In this document: positions 36,801-49,319 of the stretch, piece after piece | Layout of the letters: each line of letters opens with the position of its first letter | How positions within the stretch are numbered: the stretch's first letter is position 1 | Assembly (NCBI GenBank): GCA_051362555.1 | Contig: CM120649.1 | Coordinates: 310,001 to 374,000 of the forward strand | Source: Lingula anatina | Lineage: Eukaryota; Animalia; Brachiopoda | Direction: 5' to 3' | Length of the DNA stretch: 64,000 bases | The notes under the pieces: generated by a model | Seen by the model: the letters and a program-made list of their open reading frames with translations, nothing else | Database searches by the model: none | What the model was told of the DNA's origin: nothing | Program-made: the position numbers and the translations under genes

Positions 36801-39800
36801 GAACCTGAATCAAACTGTAGTAGTAAGTGGCACTGTGAAGAGGAACTGCTCCAAAGCAGCTGTATTACATGTGAACTATCAGTTTATTTGGCTAATATAA
36901 AGTACTTGCGTAAATATTCACGTAAATACTCACGTGTCAAGTTGTAGAGAATTAATGCACATGACAGCTGCATTGCATAGAACACGTCTTGTTTCGCCGT
37001 TTGATTTGCTACTTTCTTGTGGTGTCTGTAGTTTGTTATAAATAAGTGATGGCATGTCAGAAATATGTACATGTGTACTGAAATTATAACATTGTGGTAA
37101 CATGACACATGCCAACGATGGCACAATTACATGGAATTTGGTAATTTTTACACAAACCACATTGCTTCCCCAAAGACAGCAGTATAGTAAGTAACATGTG
37201 ATTGGAAACATGCATGAGCTTACTGTTTCAATCTATGTTGAATATCTAGAGCTCTTCTAAAATAAAAAAGAAAACCAATGGATGTTATTATCAAAGAAGC
37301 CTTGTTTTTGATGTTATGTTGTGAACAGCTCATTTTTTTATGTGCAAAGTATCCCAGTAAAAGTGAGGCAAATAATTTTTCTCATTTGGAGATGTGAGTG
37401 AAACCGTATCCCAACTTAATGAAATTTCCATCTAAATCAAAATCAAAGTCACTTCTTGCTTGTTAGCACAGTTGTTCTTAGGTTGATCTGATTTCAAGGT
37501 CAGAGGTCAAGGTCAAGGTTGTGACCTTGCCATGCCCTGGTCATAGATCCTGCAGAATTGATGACACATTTTACCTTTGATATTTGTCTAACTAAACCCT
37601 GGCTAATTGGACTGAAGTGAAACAGCATGAGGAAGCGGAAGACGGTATCACCACTTGTAGTTTACATGGTGAAAAGGTGACAAACTGAGAGCAGAGGTTA
37701 AAGTGGTCTAGAAAGAAAAATTCAAGAAGAAAAATAACTTTGAAGTTTTGTAAGCATCTTTCATTTGCCATAACAATACAATAGTAATTTTTAAAAAAAA
37801 TTAACATCAATTCCGAATTTATTTTAAGAGATGAATTTTAACTTGCTTTCATTTCATTCACTGATGAGACTTTTCTGACTTTTGTCGGAATTCAGACTTT
37901 TTCAAGGTCATTTGGATCATTCTTGTGAATCCTGTACCCTGGACCCCCAGCCAATCTTCTTACTTTTTTGAGTGAGGACTGGTCTTATTCCTGTTCACTG
38001 ATAGGGCAATGGTAATTACTTATAAAAAAAACCATAATCCCAGACCAACCAGTGTGGCTGTCCTGGACAGTCCCTAGACTTTAGTAATAAACACTACCGG
38101 CTAGCCAGATCTATCTGCTGTCAAAAAAGTCTTCCTCCTTTGAAGAGTTTGATGGGCATCTGGTGTGTAAGGGGATTGATGATCGGATTTGCTGCTGTGG
38201 AACTATCAGTTAATCTTTTTTCTTTTCCCGAGGTTTGTTAAGGTGGATCTGGTAGAGAGTTATGAGTGTGTTTAGAGGTTTTTAGGGCATTCATCAACAA
38301 ATCTTTCTCTGCCAGAGAGCGCTTATTGCCAGACAGCAGGATAGGAAACTAGGAGAGAGAGAGAGAGACGACATGGATTCTTATGTTAGACAAAATTGAC
38401 TGTCTGTGTCTTGAAACCATTTGCCATTAAAGTGTTGGCTCATTCCTGTAGTAACCAGAGAACAAACACCACTGATATGCCTAGTTAATTTGTTTGCGAT
38501 GCCTTATCAGATCACCCGTCAGTCAGTTAAAACTGCCACCATTGCTGGGTTTCTTGCCCTTCTGTTCATGGCTTTAGTTCAACATAAAACCTGCCTGCTA
38601 AGTAAGCCTGGTGGATGCTTGCATGTCAGTTTGCCTATCACTACTGGACAGTAATCAGTTACATGGATATTTTCTATAGGTTAGACTGACAGCTTTCTCA
38701 AATTAAGCTCAGCATGGTTTTGGGGTTGTGGCTTCAATTAAGGTGTTACAGGAAACAGGTTCTGTCCTGGTTCGAAAGCATTGATAATATGGGGGTAATG
38801 AGGTCCTTGGATTATAACGCGTCTGTAGTATTTTCACCATAAGATTTTGCTGTGGTGGGTTACAGAAAAACACTGCCAATAGGTCATCGTAAAATTAAAT
38901 AAAAACCTCTTCTCTCATGGAAACAATTGGAATACAATTACGGTATTGTTGTCATGAATTTGGCCTAACCAGATCAAGTCTTTGACCTGGTAAGGCGAGG
39001 CAAGCAGGTGGTCTTAATGTCCTCCTGAGATGTCAACCCTATCAAGTAATGGACAGAGATAATTTCATTTACTATAGCCTTTGGTGGGTTCCATTGATTT
39101 AACTTTAGTCCAAGAACTTAGTGTTACATTAGGAGTGATTGTTTCAGATGTTTGACTTTGTGACGGTTGACATGATTCTGGTGGGATGGAGTATTGATCT
39201 GCGTGATGTTAGCTTTATTGGTTGAATAATGGAATAAAATTTCAAATAGATTTTGATTCGGTTCACTGATTAATCAATGCAAACCTTCCTCTTTGCTATA
39301 ATTTCTGTCCAGATTGTATGAAGTATTACAGTATCACCAACACACAATGGGGTTTATCAGCAGTTTGACAGCTTAATTATGACTAGAATCACTTGGAATT
39401 TTTTTTCTCCAGAATTGCAAAGTATATAGGATAAGATGAAAAATGAAATTAAACTTAGAGAAGATGAGCCTCACACCTATATCAGATCCCCCTAAACTAA
39501 AATGAAAAATAAAAAAATTAATTTAGAATAAAAATAAAACAGCCAAAAAACGTGCAAATAAGATAAACAGACAGCCAAAGTATACATGAATTGAAATAAA
39601 GTGGAATATGAATATAATTTATTATTACTGTATAGTCTTAGTATATATCTAACACAGGAGGATAATATTTAGCTGGACTTTGTGGACCACACTTTATTTC
39701 TTCCCTTTTCCTGGAAGGACAGTTAATGGGAGAAAGCAAAGACACGTGTTACTTAACAATGACTGAAAAATAGATGGTGGTTTTTACGTTACAAAAGTCA

Positions 39801-40021
39801 GCTGTCAGGAGATCTAATAAAGGAGAGAAACAGTCTTTGAATGCAGAAATAATGGCTTGTGTTGATGGAGCATGGTTGAATGCTATTGTGAAGAAAGAGA
39901 AAAAATTGGCCTAACATGCTGTTGGTTTTGTAGTAGATATTGAACTTTTTAACTCTCTGTAGGCTGAGCTACAGAAACATCCAGCACAGAGTGATTCGCT
40001 TTCTCCCCATTCATTGTTTCA

Positions 40022-40081
<60 letters not shown>

Positions 40082-42564
40082 AACAAAGACAAATAATATA
40101 ATAACAATATAATATACTATAGTAAAAAAGCAATTCTTCTTGTTCTCTAATACATAATACAGTGGTAAAAATCCAGGTACCTTAATTTATGTTTGAAAAA
40201 GAAAATTTCCTAGAAATTCCAAGGTCACATCCACCCTAGTAATCCATCTCTTATCCCTGAGTCTGATCCGTGCTGTCTTAATTCAATCAAATTGTACTCA
40301 GTGCATGTGTCACATAGCATTAACTGCCTATCTATGTCTGATACAGTGTTACAGAGGGATTACACCAGCACAGTGTTCACATGGCGGCATTCAGATCCAG
40401 CAAACTCAGGATAGGATCCTTCCAATTAGATCAAAGAATACCTACATCATGCCTGCGTATTTATATAATTGTTTATGTATGGTTTCAACTTTTTTATGGT
40501 CCAGCGTTTTTACACTTAAGGTATTAGCGGATAACAGTACCATTCGGTTTCAGTCAGAATTTTATTTCATTACCTCATGCAGAGATTAACTTTTCTGCAA
40601 TCACATGGACCCATTGCAAAAATCTCCATGTAGACAGCAAATAGAAAGTATTTGAGACAGTGTGAATTGCGCCATTTTGTCTGATGGAGAATTACATCGT
40701 AAAGCTCCAGTCTGTGCACTGCATCTAGGGAATACTGTAATTGCTGTATCATTAAGATTCATCAGGCAATGAGGCAGGTAATCAGGACTGTTTTACCGGA
40801 GGTAAATGGTGCGATTTCTTCCTCTCTGTCTCTTCTCTTTCCTTGCTTACACATTTGGTGCAGGGATAATTTGAGATTTGTTCTCTTGCAGGAAATTATG
40901 AATTAGTTAATAGGGAGATTAGGCCTGTTGTGTTCAGTGTTATTTTGTTGTTGCGCTATTCTAGAATTGATACATGATTACTCGGCCAATCATTGTACTC
41001 ATGTCCATGATGAATTGAAGCAATTAAAATGAAAGGGAGAGGGACTAGAGATTTGGTTTCTTTTTGATATTTTTTATCAGTTTGTAAAACAATCTGGTCT
41101 ATTTTCTGAGTAATGGGCTTAAACCACTCCGTACTTAGTATACTTTTCTGATAATCATTATGTAGTTATCTTCATTGTGAATATTATACAAATCAGGTTC
41201 TACAGTCATGGCTTCAATAAAGAATTATCATGGCCACAGTCCTCTGAAAAAATAATTATTCTTATTCATCATTTTTTTTTATTTTAGTGATACATTATGC
41301 ATTATTCATTATCTTTTCCAGGGTTTATATTTCCGTGTCTGAAAGCAAAATCCAGTATTTCGTTATGAAAAGCACTAGTTCACTTTTCCCCACATACGGC
41401 AGCACCAATTTTAATCACGTATGGAGATATATTTAGATCTCCTGAAAAGCGTTAAACCCTTGGGGAAATTATAGCAGAGAGATTTGTAATGTTGTCAGGC
41501 TCCCTTTTACAACTGGGGAATGAGAGCAGGCTATTAATATTGGAGAAAATGCAAGAAAATTATGAAACAAGTTCTTTTTTAATTTGATTTATTGAAATGA
41601 AGAGATACTAAATGGTGATAGAAGCTAGATGTTTCAGCTCTTAATAGACCTTGTGAGATGAAAAAAAGGAAAGAAAAGAAATGAAATATTAACTGCTTTC
41701 CTTCTAATTTTTTTCAAACGTCTAAGATCCTTTGTATTGCCTAATTGTTACAGCTTCACTCTGTAAACACCAACTTAGTCCACAGTAGGATTTCTACCTG
41801 ACTTATGTAATCTGAGGTCACACCTCTGAGGTCACAGCACTAAGGTCACTGCTAAGGTCACACCACTGAGGTCACAGTACAGAGTTTGCAGCACTAAGGT
41901 CACTGCTAAGGTCACACCACCAAGTTCACAGCACAGATTTTGCAGCACTAAGGTCACTGCTAAGGTCACACTACTGAGGCCACAGCACAGAGTTTGCAGC
42001 ACTAAGGTCACTGCTAAGGTCACACCACTAAGGTCACACAGCCAAGGTCATATTGCTAAGGTCTTACAACTTATTGCTAAAGTCAACAATTGTAGTTGGC
42101 AAGACAACAGTGATGTTGGTTAAGCTTCATGCTGTTTTACAACAGTTTGTGAAAATGTCATAACTTGACCAGAAATCTGCCCTTGTGTGAAATTGTCAGG
42201 TTTCGTAAATTAAATTTCTAGTATTAACCGTACACTTTGTTCTATAATAAAACCAAGTGGTCCAGAGTTCTGTCCATGGAGACCCCATCTCTCACACTTG
42301 TCTGCATTTACATTTAGATTTCTATAACTAAATAATACAGATCTGCCATCCAAAGCCTAGAATAGACCATGCAATTTTCTGAAATCAGACCTCTGGAAAT
42401 GAACAGATATTCCCTTGTCTTATTGAATCAGGATTGCTGGTCTGATTTTCTGTTGATTCCATGAATTTATAAAGCATGCACTTGTTATGGTTTGGCTGTT
42501 GTTTCTATAAGATGAGAGAGAGAGAGAGAGAGAGAGAGATACAAAGATATATATATACACACAA

Positions 42565-42598
<34 letters not shown>

Positions 42599-45500
42599 GG
42601 GGGTGAAGAGGTAAAAGAAATCACCACCAGCCCATAAACAATATAATTACAACATTTTTAACTATAAAAGTTAACATCTTGGTATCAAGAAATGATAAAC
42701 AGGTAGCAAACTCTAGGATATTAGAAACAACTAAATTCCCAGCTCTTGGTCTTTCATCTCCCCCCCCCCCCCTCCGCCCCCTCCCCCCTCCCTCCATTAT
42801 CCACAGCCACTAACATTATCCCAGTAGATTCACATTCTATGCCAAGCTTCACCTTGAAAGTAACTTCTTGGTATTCAACAACAAATGGCAAACAGCTCAC
42901 TCATCCTCCTCACACAAACAGTATGTAACCTGTTGGTAAACAGCTTAGATACAAACATTACACAGCCTAGGGGTGGATGTGTAGAGCTGTGTTCACACTC
43001 ATCATGCTACAAACATTACACAGCCTATGGGTGGATGTGTAGAGCTGTGTTCACACTCATGGAATAAACTGGCACCTACACAGTCCATTTCTGGGGCATT
43101 CAAACACAGTGGAAGTCACAATTCTTTATCACTTTCAGGTTGACTCTGGAAGTGGAGATGTACTCAGGATTGGTCAGTTTTGGGAGCAGGGAGAATCAGT
43201 TCTAATAAAACGTGTCAACCTTATGTTAGCAATGTGTTAATGTAAAGGTGATGACAGGATAGCAGAGGTGTAGAATTGTACCTTCATATACAAGACATTT
43301 ATTATAATGTTAAGCTGATGACAGGATAGCAGAAGTGTAGAAATGTACCTTCGTATACAAGACATTTATCATACCCCTGTAGTTTTACTCTCTTGAGTAG
43401 GGGGCTATCTTGAGATAAGAACACCACGTGCCCTATTGGTGAATCTATCTGGTCCAAATAGTATGTAGTCTGTAAGTTTAGGCCTTGAACACACCTGTTT
43501 GTATGTGTTTGTTACAGGCAATTCCAGATTTAGAAAGAATTCCCAGCTGCAGATCTGGGTGTCAGAACACTGATACCTTTTGTTCCTTTGTTACAGTATT
43601 AATTTTGAGTTCAAACACCCCTTCCTCCATAAAAAACGTAACAGTTATAATGCCATTATGCATGGTTTAAAGTATTGTTAGGTATAGCTTAAAGTAAAAA
43701 CTTTACTGTAAGCTGGCTGTAGTCTGCAGTTGTTAGCAAAGCTGTTATTTATATTAATTTATATTCTAAAAACAAGTTTGCTTTAATAATGCAGTCAACT
43801 TTTTTTATTTATTTCATTAACATCTTTGTTTGAATTGGTAATTGCCAATTATCAAAATTTGCATTTCTTGGTCGTTTGTGTGAAAATTAAGTGGCAGTGA
43901 TGTAGAGGGTGGGTAATCAGCTTATCGTAACAGCAAGGGCATCTAGGTGTGCAAAGATTATGTCTACAAGCCGCTCGTTCCTTTTCATCGTATTGCTCTG
44001 TGTGAAATGGCAAGCAGGCGGTTTGTGTCGGTTCAAACATGTAACAAATAGGGAAATGTTGATATGTATATTTTTTCCTAGCAGCAATAGCATAAAGACA
44101 TTGATTGGTTGAAGATGGGTGGTTATCTAATGAATTGCAATCGATAGAGATTGCAAGTGGTAAAGTGCAGCAGAAACAAACTGTTAGATAACTGGAATGC
44201 TTAAAAAGTTAATGATTGAGGGGTATATTTAAGAGAGAGAATGACCAGTGCAATGTTTAAAGAACAAAGATTTTTCAGTGCAGTACTGCATTATTCTTTT
44301 TTTTTTTTTTTTTTTTGTGAAAGACATGTATAAATTTTTTCCTTGGGTTGAAGCAAGGGTAAAAAGGCCAGTTTTGTAAACCCCTCCCCCCCTCCTCCTC
44401 TCTGCCAACAGGTCTGAACAATAAACACGTGGCCTGATTGCCTCTATCACTCAGCAAAACCAATAGAAATGAATGTACTTGCATGTTAACAGGACTGCAG
44501 GCAGCAATCAAGTCATTTGATTAACACTTAATGTGAAATTATCACAACACTGTGTAATGGGATTGGTAGCACTCAAACATACCAGCACTGTGGCTTACTG
44601 CTGTGATAGATGGGATTTAATTAAGTTGTTAACAGTCAAGGGAATGACCCTAACACAGGGACAGGTGTGGTGTTCTAATTAGCTGCTATGTCTTAAAGCA
44701 GTACCATAGAACAGTTAATTGACCAATTAATAAAGGTTGAAGTGGCATTAACCAGTGATAGCCTGTGTTAACATACCAGTAAGCCACCCTTACGCTGTAA
44801 TAAACATATTGATTGACTCATTTAGTTGATTTTTCCTATAGATGTGATCTTCTCTTTCTATTTTCTTCGGGTGTTGGTCGTTTTTCTCCTTTCTTTCTCT
44901 CACTCTGGTTTTCATTTTAGGTCTGTGACAGCTGATTTCTATTTCCTATTGTATATAATTTGTGTTAAAGGGGCTTCAGTACGATAGGAGAGGATTCGAT
45001 AGCTGTAATGGTTCACCTTTTCTGGGCAATGCTTTTATGCAGTTTAATGGACTTTGATATTTTGTGTTTATCATTTAAATCATTTTGATTAATATTTAAT
45101 TTTTCTTGGGAATAAGAATCCATTTGGAATGGAGATTCTTTTATAGTTGTGATGAACAGATTGTTGTCGGTGACCATAGAACACGCAGGGCTACAACCTT
45201 AGGATAAAAGTCACAAACACACGCCTATTTAAGGCTTAAGTGTAATATCTGTCATTGAAACTACTTACTGTTCAATTAATTCCTGTAATGGTTCAAGAAT
45301 CTATGGGGAGAGACACAAATTGCTGTATTATCTGTCTGGTGATCTATGATTCTATTGCTCTGAGTGGTTAGGTTGTTGGTGAAGGCAATAAGGAAGTGAT
45401 GTTTTTTTCTCCAGTTCCATAAATGCTAAGCTTTTAGTGGTTCTGTATTCGGAAACAGAGTGCTAATTTGTGAACAGAAATATCAGATCTTAATAGTCAT

Positions 45501-46528
45501 AAGTTGTTAAGTGGTTTGCAAGTCAGACATTTGTGTTTTCATTTAGGCTGGGCTTTTGTCTCCATTGCAAGAATGACTAGGTCTTCTTGGAGGGGGGGGG
45601 GGGGGGGGGTTGATAGATTGCCTGGTGCTTAATTGGTGACAGAGATATATCTTTTTAGTGTGATGATTATTGTTTTGTGAAGTGAAGTTATCAAATGTAT
45701 TTTTGTTCATTATTGCTGACATAGTATATTTAAAAATGAGTTACAGAAAATGACATCACTGGATAAAGATTAATGCAGAGAGAGAAAGAGAATACAAGCA
45801 TGTTTTTAAATGGTGATGTTAGAGGGCATTCCCAGATATTTAGATCAATCTTACTAGATCGACCTAACTCCCTGGGGGTTCACGCTAAATTGCAGTCAGC
45901 CAACCGCGCACGGAAGTTAATTACCCCCTTACAGCTTGTAGTAGGCGGGACGGACATTTAAGCTGGATTATCTGACAGTAATCTAGTGAGACTCCCCACG
46001 GGGATAGATCGATCTAAAATCTATGGGAATGTGCCCTTAGAAACCCAGAAACAATTATTTGAGTATTGAACAAAAATCTCTGTTTTTGAAACTGGGCTTA
46101 AGAAAACTGGACTTTCTGGATATGCGCCAAACCTTAACCATGATTATCATACAGTACTCACCATACAGAAGAACTATCATCCCTGGCGGCATCACCAAAA
46201 TAGCCACCAACAGGTCTGCAATTGCCAGCGACATCAGGAAATAGTTGGTCATATTTTGTAGTCTCCGTTCTCGTGACACTGCCATGCACACCAGTATATT
46301 CCCCAAAGCAGTACACAGAATGACGACGCACAGAGCCAGATATCCCCACTGGTACTCTCCTGATCCCGCCGTAGCCACCGGTGTTGTGGCATTGTGGTCT
46401 GAAATGTCCCCGTGACTTTGTCCTTTGTTGTAGTAGAAGTCCAATGGCTGAACTGTTGTTGTGATGGACTCATCTTCCCTTGTGGTCGTCTGTCGCTCCA
46501 ATGTAGCATAGATAGCTGTAAATGCCAT
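31391..46528 (-). CDS. HTR2: 5-hydroxytryptamine (serotonin) receptor, 5-HT2 type, class A GPCR; join(46528-46162, 33885-31391), about 953 aa
   Basis: TM1-2: [42 protein letters not shown]3 has the amine-binding Asp and DRY ([21 protein letters not shown]). TM5 [17 protein letters not shown]; [12 protein letters not shown]...LWAPFF; [18 protein letters not shown]. These are 5-HT2 family signatures. The phase-1 intron 33886-46161 has gtgagt...ttttccag boundaries. Confidence 0.93.
40025..40079. repeat. Poly(A) tract, 55 nt
   Basis: Direct read. Confidence 0.9.
41811..42063. repeat. AGGTCA-rich minisatellite (higher-order unit about 57 bp)
   Basis: CAGCACTAAGGTCACTGCTAAGGTCACACCAC repeated 4 times. 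Confidence 0.9.
42515..42598. repeat. (GA)n/(TA)n compound microsatellite
   Basis: Direct read. Confidence 0.85.
42950..43060. repeat. Two copies of a tandem unit of about 58 bp
   Basis: ACAAACATTACACAGCCTA(G/T)GGGTGGATGTGTAGAGCTGTGTTCACACTCAT occurs twice. Confidence 0.9.
43249..43370. repeat. Two copies of a tandem unit of about 67 bp
   Basis: TGATGACAGGATAGCAGA.GTGTAGAA.TGTACCTTC.TATACAAGACATTTAT occurs twice. Confidence 0.9.
45824..46036 (+). mobile_element. MITE family B, copy 1
   Basis: TIRs GGGCATTCCCAGATATTTAGATC / GATCTAAAATCTATGGGAATGTGCCC; internal GATCGACCTAACTCCCTGGGGGTTCACGCTAAATTGC. Confidence 0.75.
46162..46528 (-). CDS. HTR2: 5-HT2 receptor coding exon 1 (N-terminus, TM1, TM2)
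   Basis: First in-frame ATG is at 46528 (ggaATGg), with an upstream in-frame TGA at 46666-46664. Donor G|gtgagt at 46162/46161. The exon probably begins at 47193 after acceptor tttcatcttttcag. Confidence 0.88.
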
Positions 46529-47679
46529 TCCGCTGCCAACACTGACTCCATTCAAAACCACTTCAGATTTGTCCACTTCACTGGTGAGAACAGTTTTCAC
46601 TGCTTTGTGGCAGCTTCTGGTACCATTTAAAATTGTTTCAAAATTTTCACTGAACCAGTGAATTCAATAGACTTTCCTGGCTACAGGTGTGTTCTTTGTA
46701 ACCCTCTCCTTATGTATAAGCACATCAAAGGTCAATTAAAGTTCTGAACACTAACTGTGTTTTCCGAGACCTGCTTTTGGGAAGACCTTTACTGTAAACA
46801 TTAATTTACAACTGGTGTATTTCTTTTGAAGTTGAAATCAAAAACACCTAACTTTGTAGCATATCGGACCGTTTTCATAGGCTGAATAGGATTGTTGTTC
46901 AGAAGGCGCTTCAGGGACTGCTCCAATATCTTTCCAGCCTCCTGTCTGCCTTGGGAAGTATGCAGAAAAGAAGAGATGTTTTTATGTAACCAGTTGCTAA
47001 TAATAGATCAATTAGTTGTAAAATTCTGCTCAGCTGAAACCCTTTGCTTTGATCAAATTTTAGTGAAAATCTTTTTCTTGGAATGAGTGTCTCCTCAGCC
47101 TTGTTTGATGTCTTGTTTGATGTTTCTTTTATCTTTTTATTTTCCTCAGTTTGAAATGATGATTAACAGTCCTCTTCTGTTTTCTTAATGTACCTGAAAA
47201 GATGAAAAATTACGTAAATCCTGTCTGAAAATGTGTTGTGTAATGTACCGATGGTTAATTTTTTATCCCCTCTAATATTTTTTTCTATCTTAGAAGGTAT
47301 TTGAAACCCCCTTTTGCTCTGGCAATAAAATAGTGACTGTCATGAACATATAACCTGTGTTACATAACTCTCTTATCTTTCATCTTAACTTACAGTGACA
47401 GAATATCATTTGGGAAAGTGTTTAGTCATTCATATTCAAAGGAAGGAACTAGGGAGTAATTATATATTTTTTAATTACCCTCAGTTGCCATTAAAATTCA
47501 CAACCATCAGTTTTTAGTCAGTATAATTAAAATGGGAAAATAATCCAATATATTTTTATTTATCTCTGTGCAAAAATGAATTCATTTAAGCTATATATAG
47601 GGAGTTTAAAGGGCAGCAACCTTATGTTGTACTTTTATCCAACACTGGGAAGTTCAGGGAACCCTATGTTGTAATCTTA

Positions 47680-47809
47680 GACTGCATTCCCACAGATTTT
47701 AGATCGATATATCCTGGTCGTGCATGCTCGACTAACAGCAATTTAGTGTGAACCCCCAGGGAATTAGGTCGATCCAGATGGATCTATCTAAATCTGTGGG
47801 AACCCAGTC
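47680..47809 (-). mobile_element. MITE family B, copy 2 (inverted relative to copy 1), TTA target-site duplication
   Basis: TTA|GACTGCATTCCCACAGATTTTAGAT...ATCTAAATCTGTGGGAACCCAGTC|TTA; internal reverse complement GATCGACCTAATTCCCTGGGGGTTCACACTAAATTGC. Confidence 0.8.
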
Positions 47810-48593
47810 TTACCCAATGCTGGGAAGTTCAGGGAACCCTAAGTTATGATCTTACTTAAAGTGCTGGGCAGTTCAGTAACCTCTGTAGAGACCAGACGGT
47901 TATAAAGGGAGCTGGTGCTGAAATCCTAAGGGCAAATTTAAGCTAGAATCAATGATCAGGGAAGTGTGAGTTCCATGTGTCCAGGTGGGGAAAACATGAG
48001 GTGTCTGCGGTGATTAGTAAGATATCTGTCTGGTTGTTGTTAGTGAAATCCTCAGGGCAGCGCTTAGCTCAGGTTGATGGTCAGAAAAGTGTGATCCCCA
48101 CATGGAGATGATGTATCTGGGGCAGGAGTTCCCTTCAGATGTGTATGGTAATTACTCATAAATTTCAAACACCAAATTATTTTAATCATGTATACCTCAG
48201 TATTTACCAGTTGGGCTTCAAGGGGTATAGAGGTTGATTATGTAATATTTTATGATATATTGTTACAAATAAGCATGTTTAGAACTAAAGCAATATTTTC
48301 CTGATGATATTTGTGTGAAGATGTGGAGGAATTACCAGTACCACTGCTGGAAACATGTTTAGTAATCGTGTGAGGTTTGGGAGATCAATCAGTGAAGATT
48401 TATTGTCTGGTTTAAAAACCCTAGGAAAGATGACTGAATGCAAGATATCCCTGCCACCTTGGGAGACAAAAATACAGGTGAAAAAAAAAAAGGAAACAGA
48501 AAACATTTTGATTCCAAAGAGATGGTGAAATCTCTTAAGAACAGGTGTTCAGTTCTGAAGATCAAGTATGAGTAATTTACTGCTAAGAAAAAG

Positions 48594-48624
<31 letters not shown>

Positions 48625-48923
48625 GTAAAAAGACTGGCTTTAATCGGCCGGTCACTATGAGAAAGACCTCCTGTGATGGCCAAGGGCTGGAGTTGTCATC
48701 TTGCCTCATTGAGCAAGGATATAATTTTTGAAAAAATCAAATATTTCCACCATGTCCCAGGCTACACTTCTATGATTTTACATCTCTGTGATTTTCTCAA
48801 TTTAAATAACTAGGAAAATGATATATTTATAGTTACAGAGGAATAATGAATTTGTCATGAATACACACAAAGTGGCAAATTTTAATTTTTTTGCTTTACC
48901 AATCTTTGATGACTGACCATATC

Positions 48924-49114
48924 TAAGAGCGCATTCAGAACTGCTGACTAACAGATCCGCGGATCGAATATGGCCAAACCACTTGAATGCATGTTGCGTA
49001 ATCTCTGTGGGGGAATCCATTCAGTGTCTAATTGGGAATCAGTTGGCAAGCTTTTTAGTGGGTCACCATATTTGATCCCCAGATCTATTGGTCAGATGTT
49101 CTGAATGCACTTTA
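48924..49114. mobile_element. MITE family A, related copy 3
   Basis: GCATTCAGAA..GACTAACAGATC..GATCGAATATGGCCAAACCACTTGAAT...GGCAAGCTT..TAGTGGGTCACCATATTTGA..TTCTGAATGC, flanked by TAA/TTA. Confidence 0.78.
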
Positions 49115-49319
49115 AACAGAAAATAATTTGAGGTGACCATTAAAGGACTGATGGATATGATAGTGTCTACACTTTTGAGGTTCTAACCTTATGCTCTTCT
49201 GTTTTAACCATTAAAGAGAGCAGGATAAGAAAGATGGCTGGAGGACGTTAACAGTTGTGTGTGTCTTTACCAACCTCTGAGTCTGGACTCGAACCACTTT
49301 GTATGACGCATTCACCACA

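Noticed and set aside
37855-37930. Hammerhead ribozyme (CTGATGA-GAC...GTC-GGAA)
   Set aside because: The core GAAA is not intact, and stems I and III cannot be built convincingly.
46529-46600. ORF-track start of the receptor at 46600 (MKTVL...)
   Set aside because: That codon is GTG. The first in-frame ATG is at 46528, and the ORF tail past 46162 is intron read-through.
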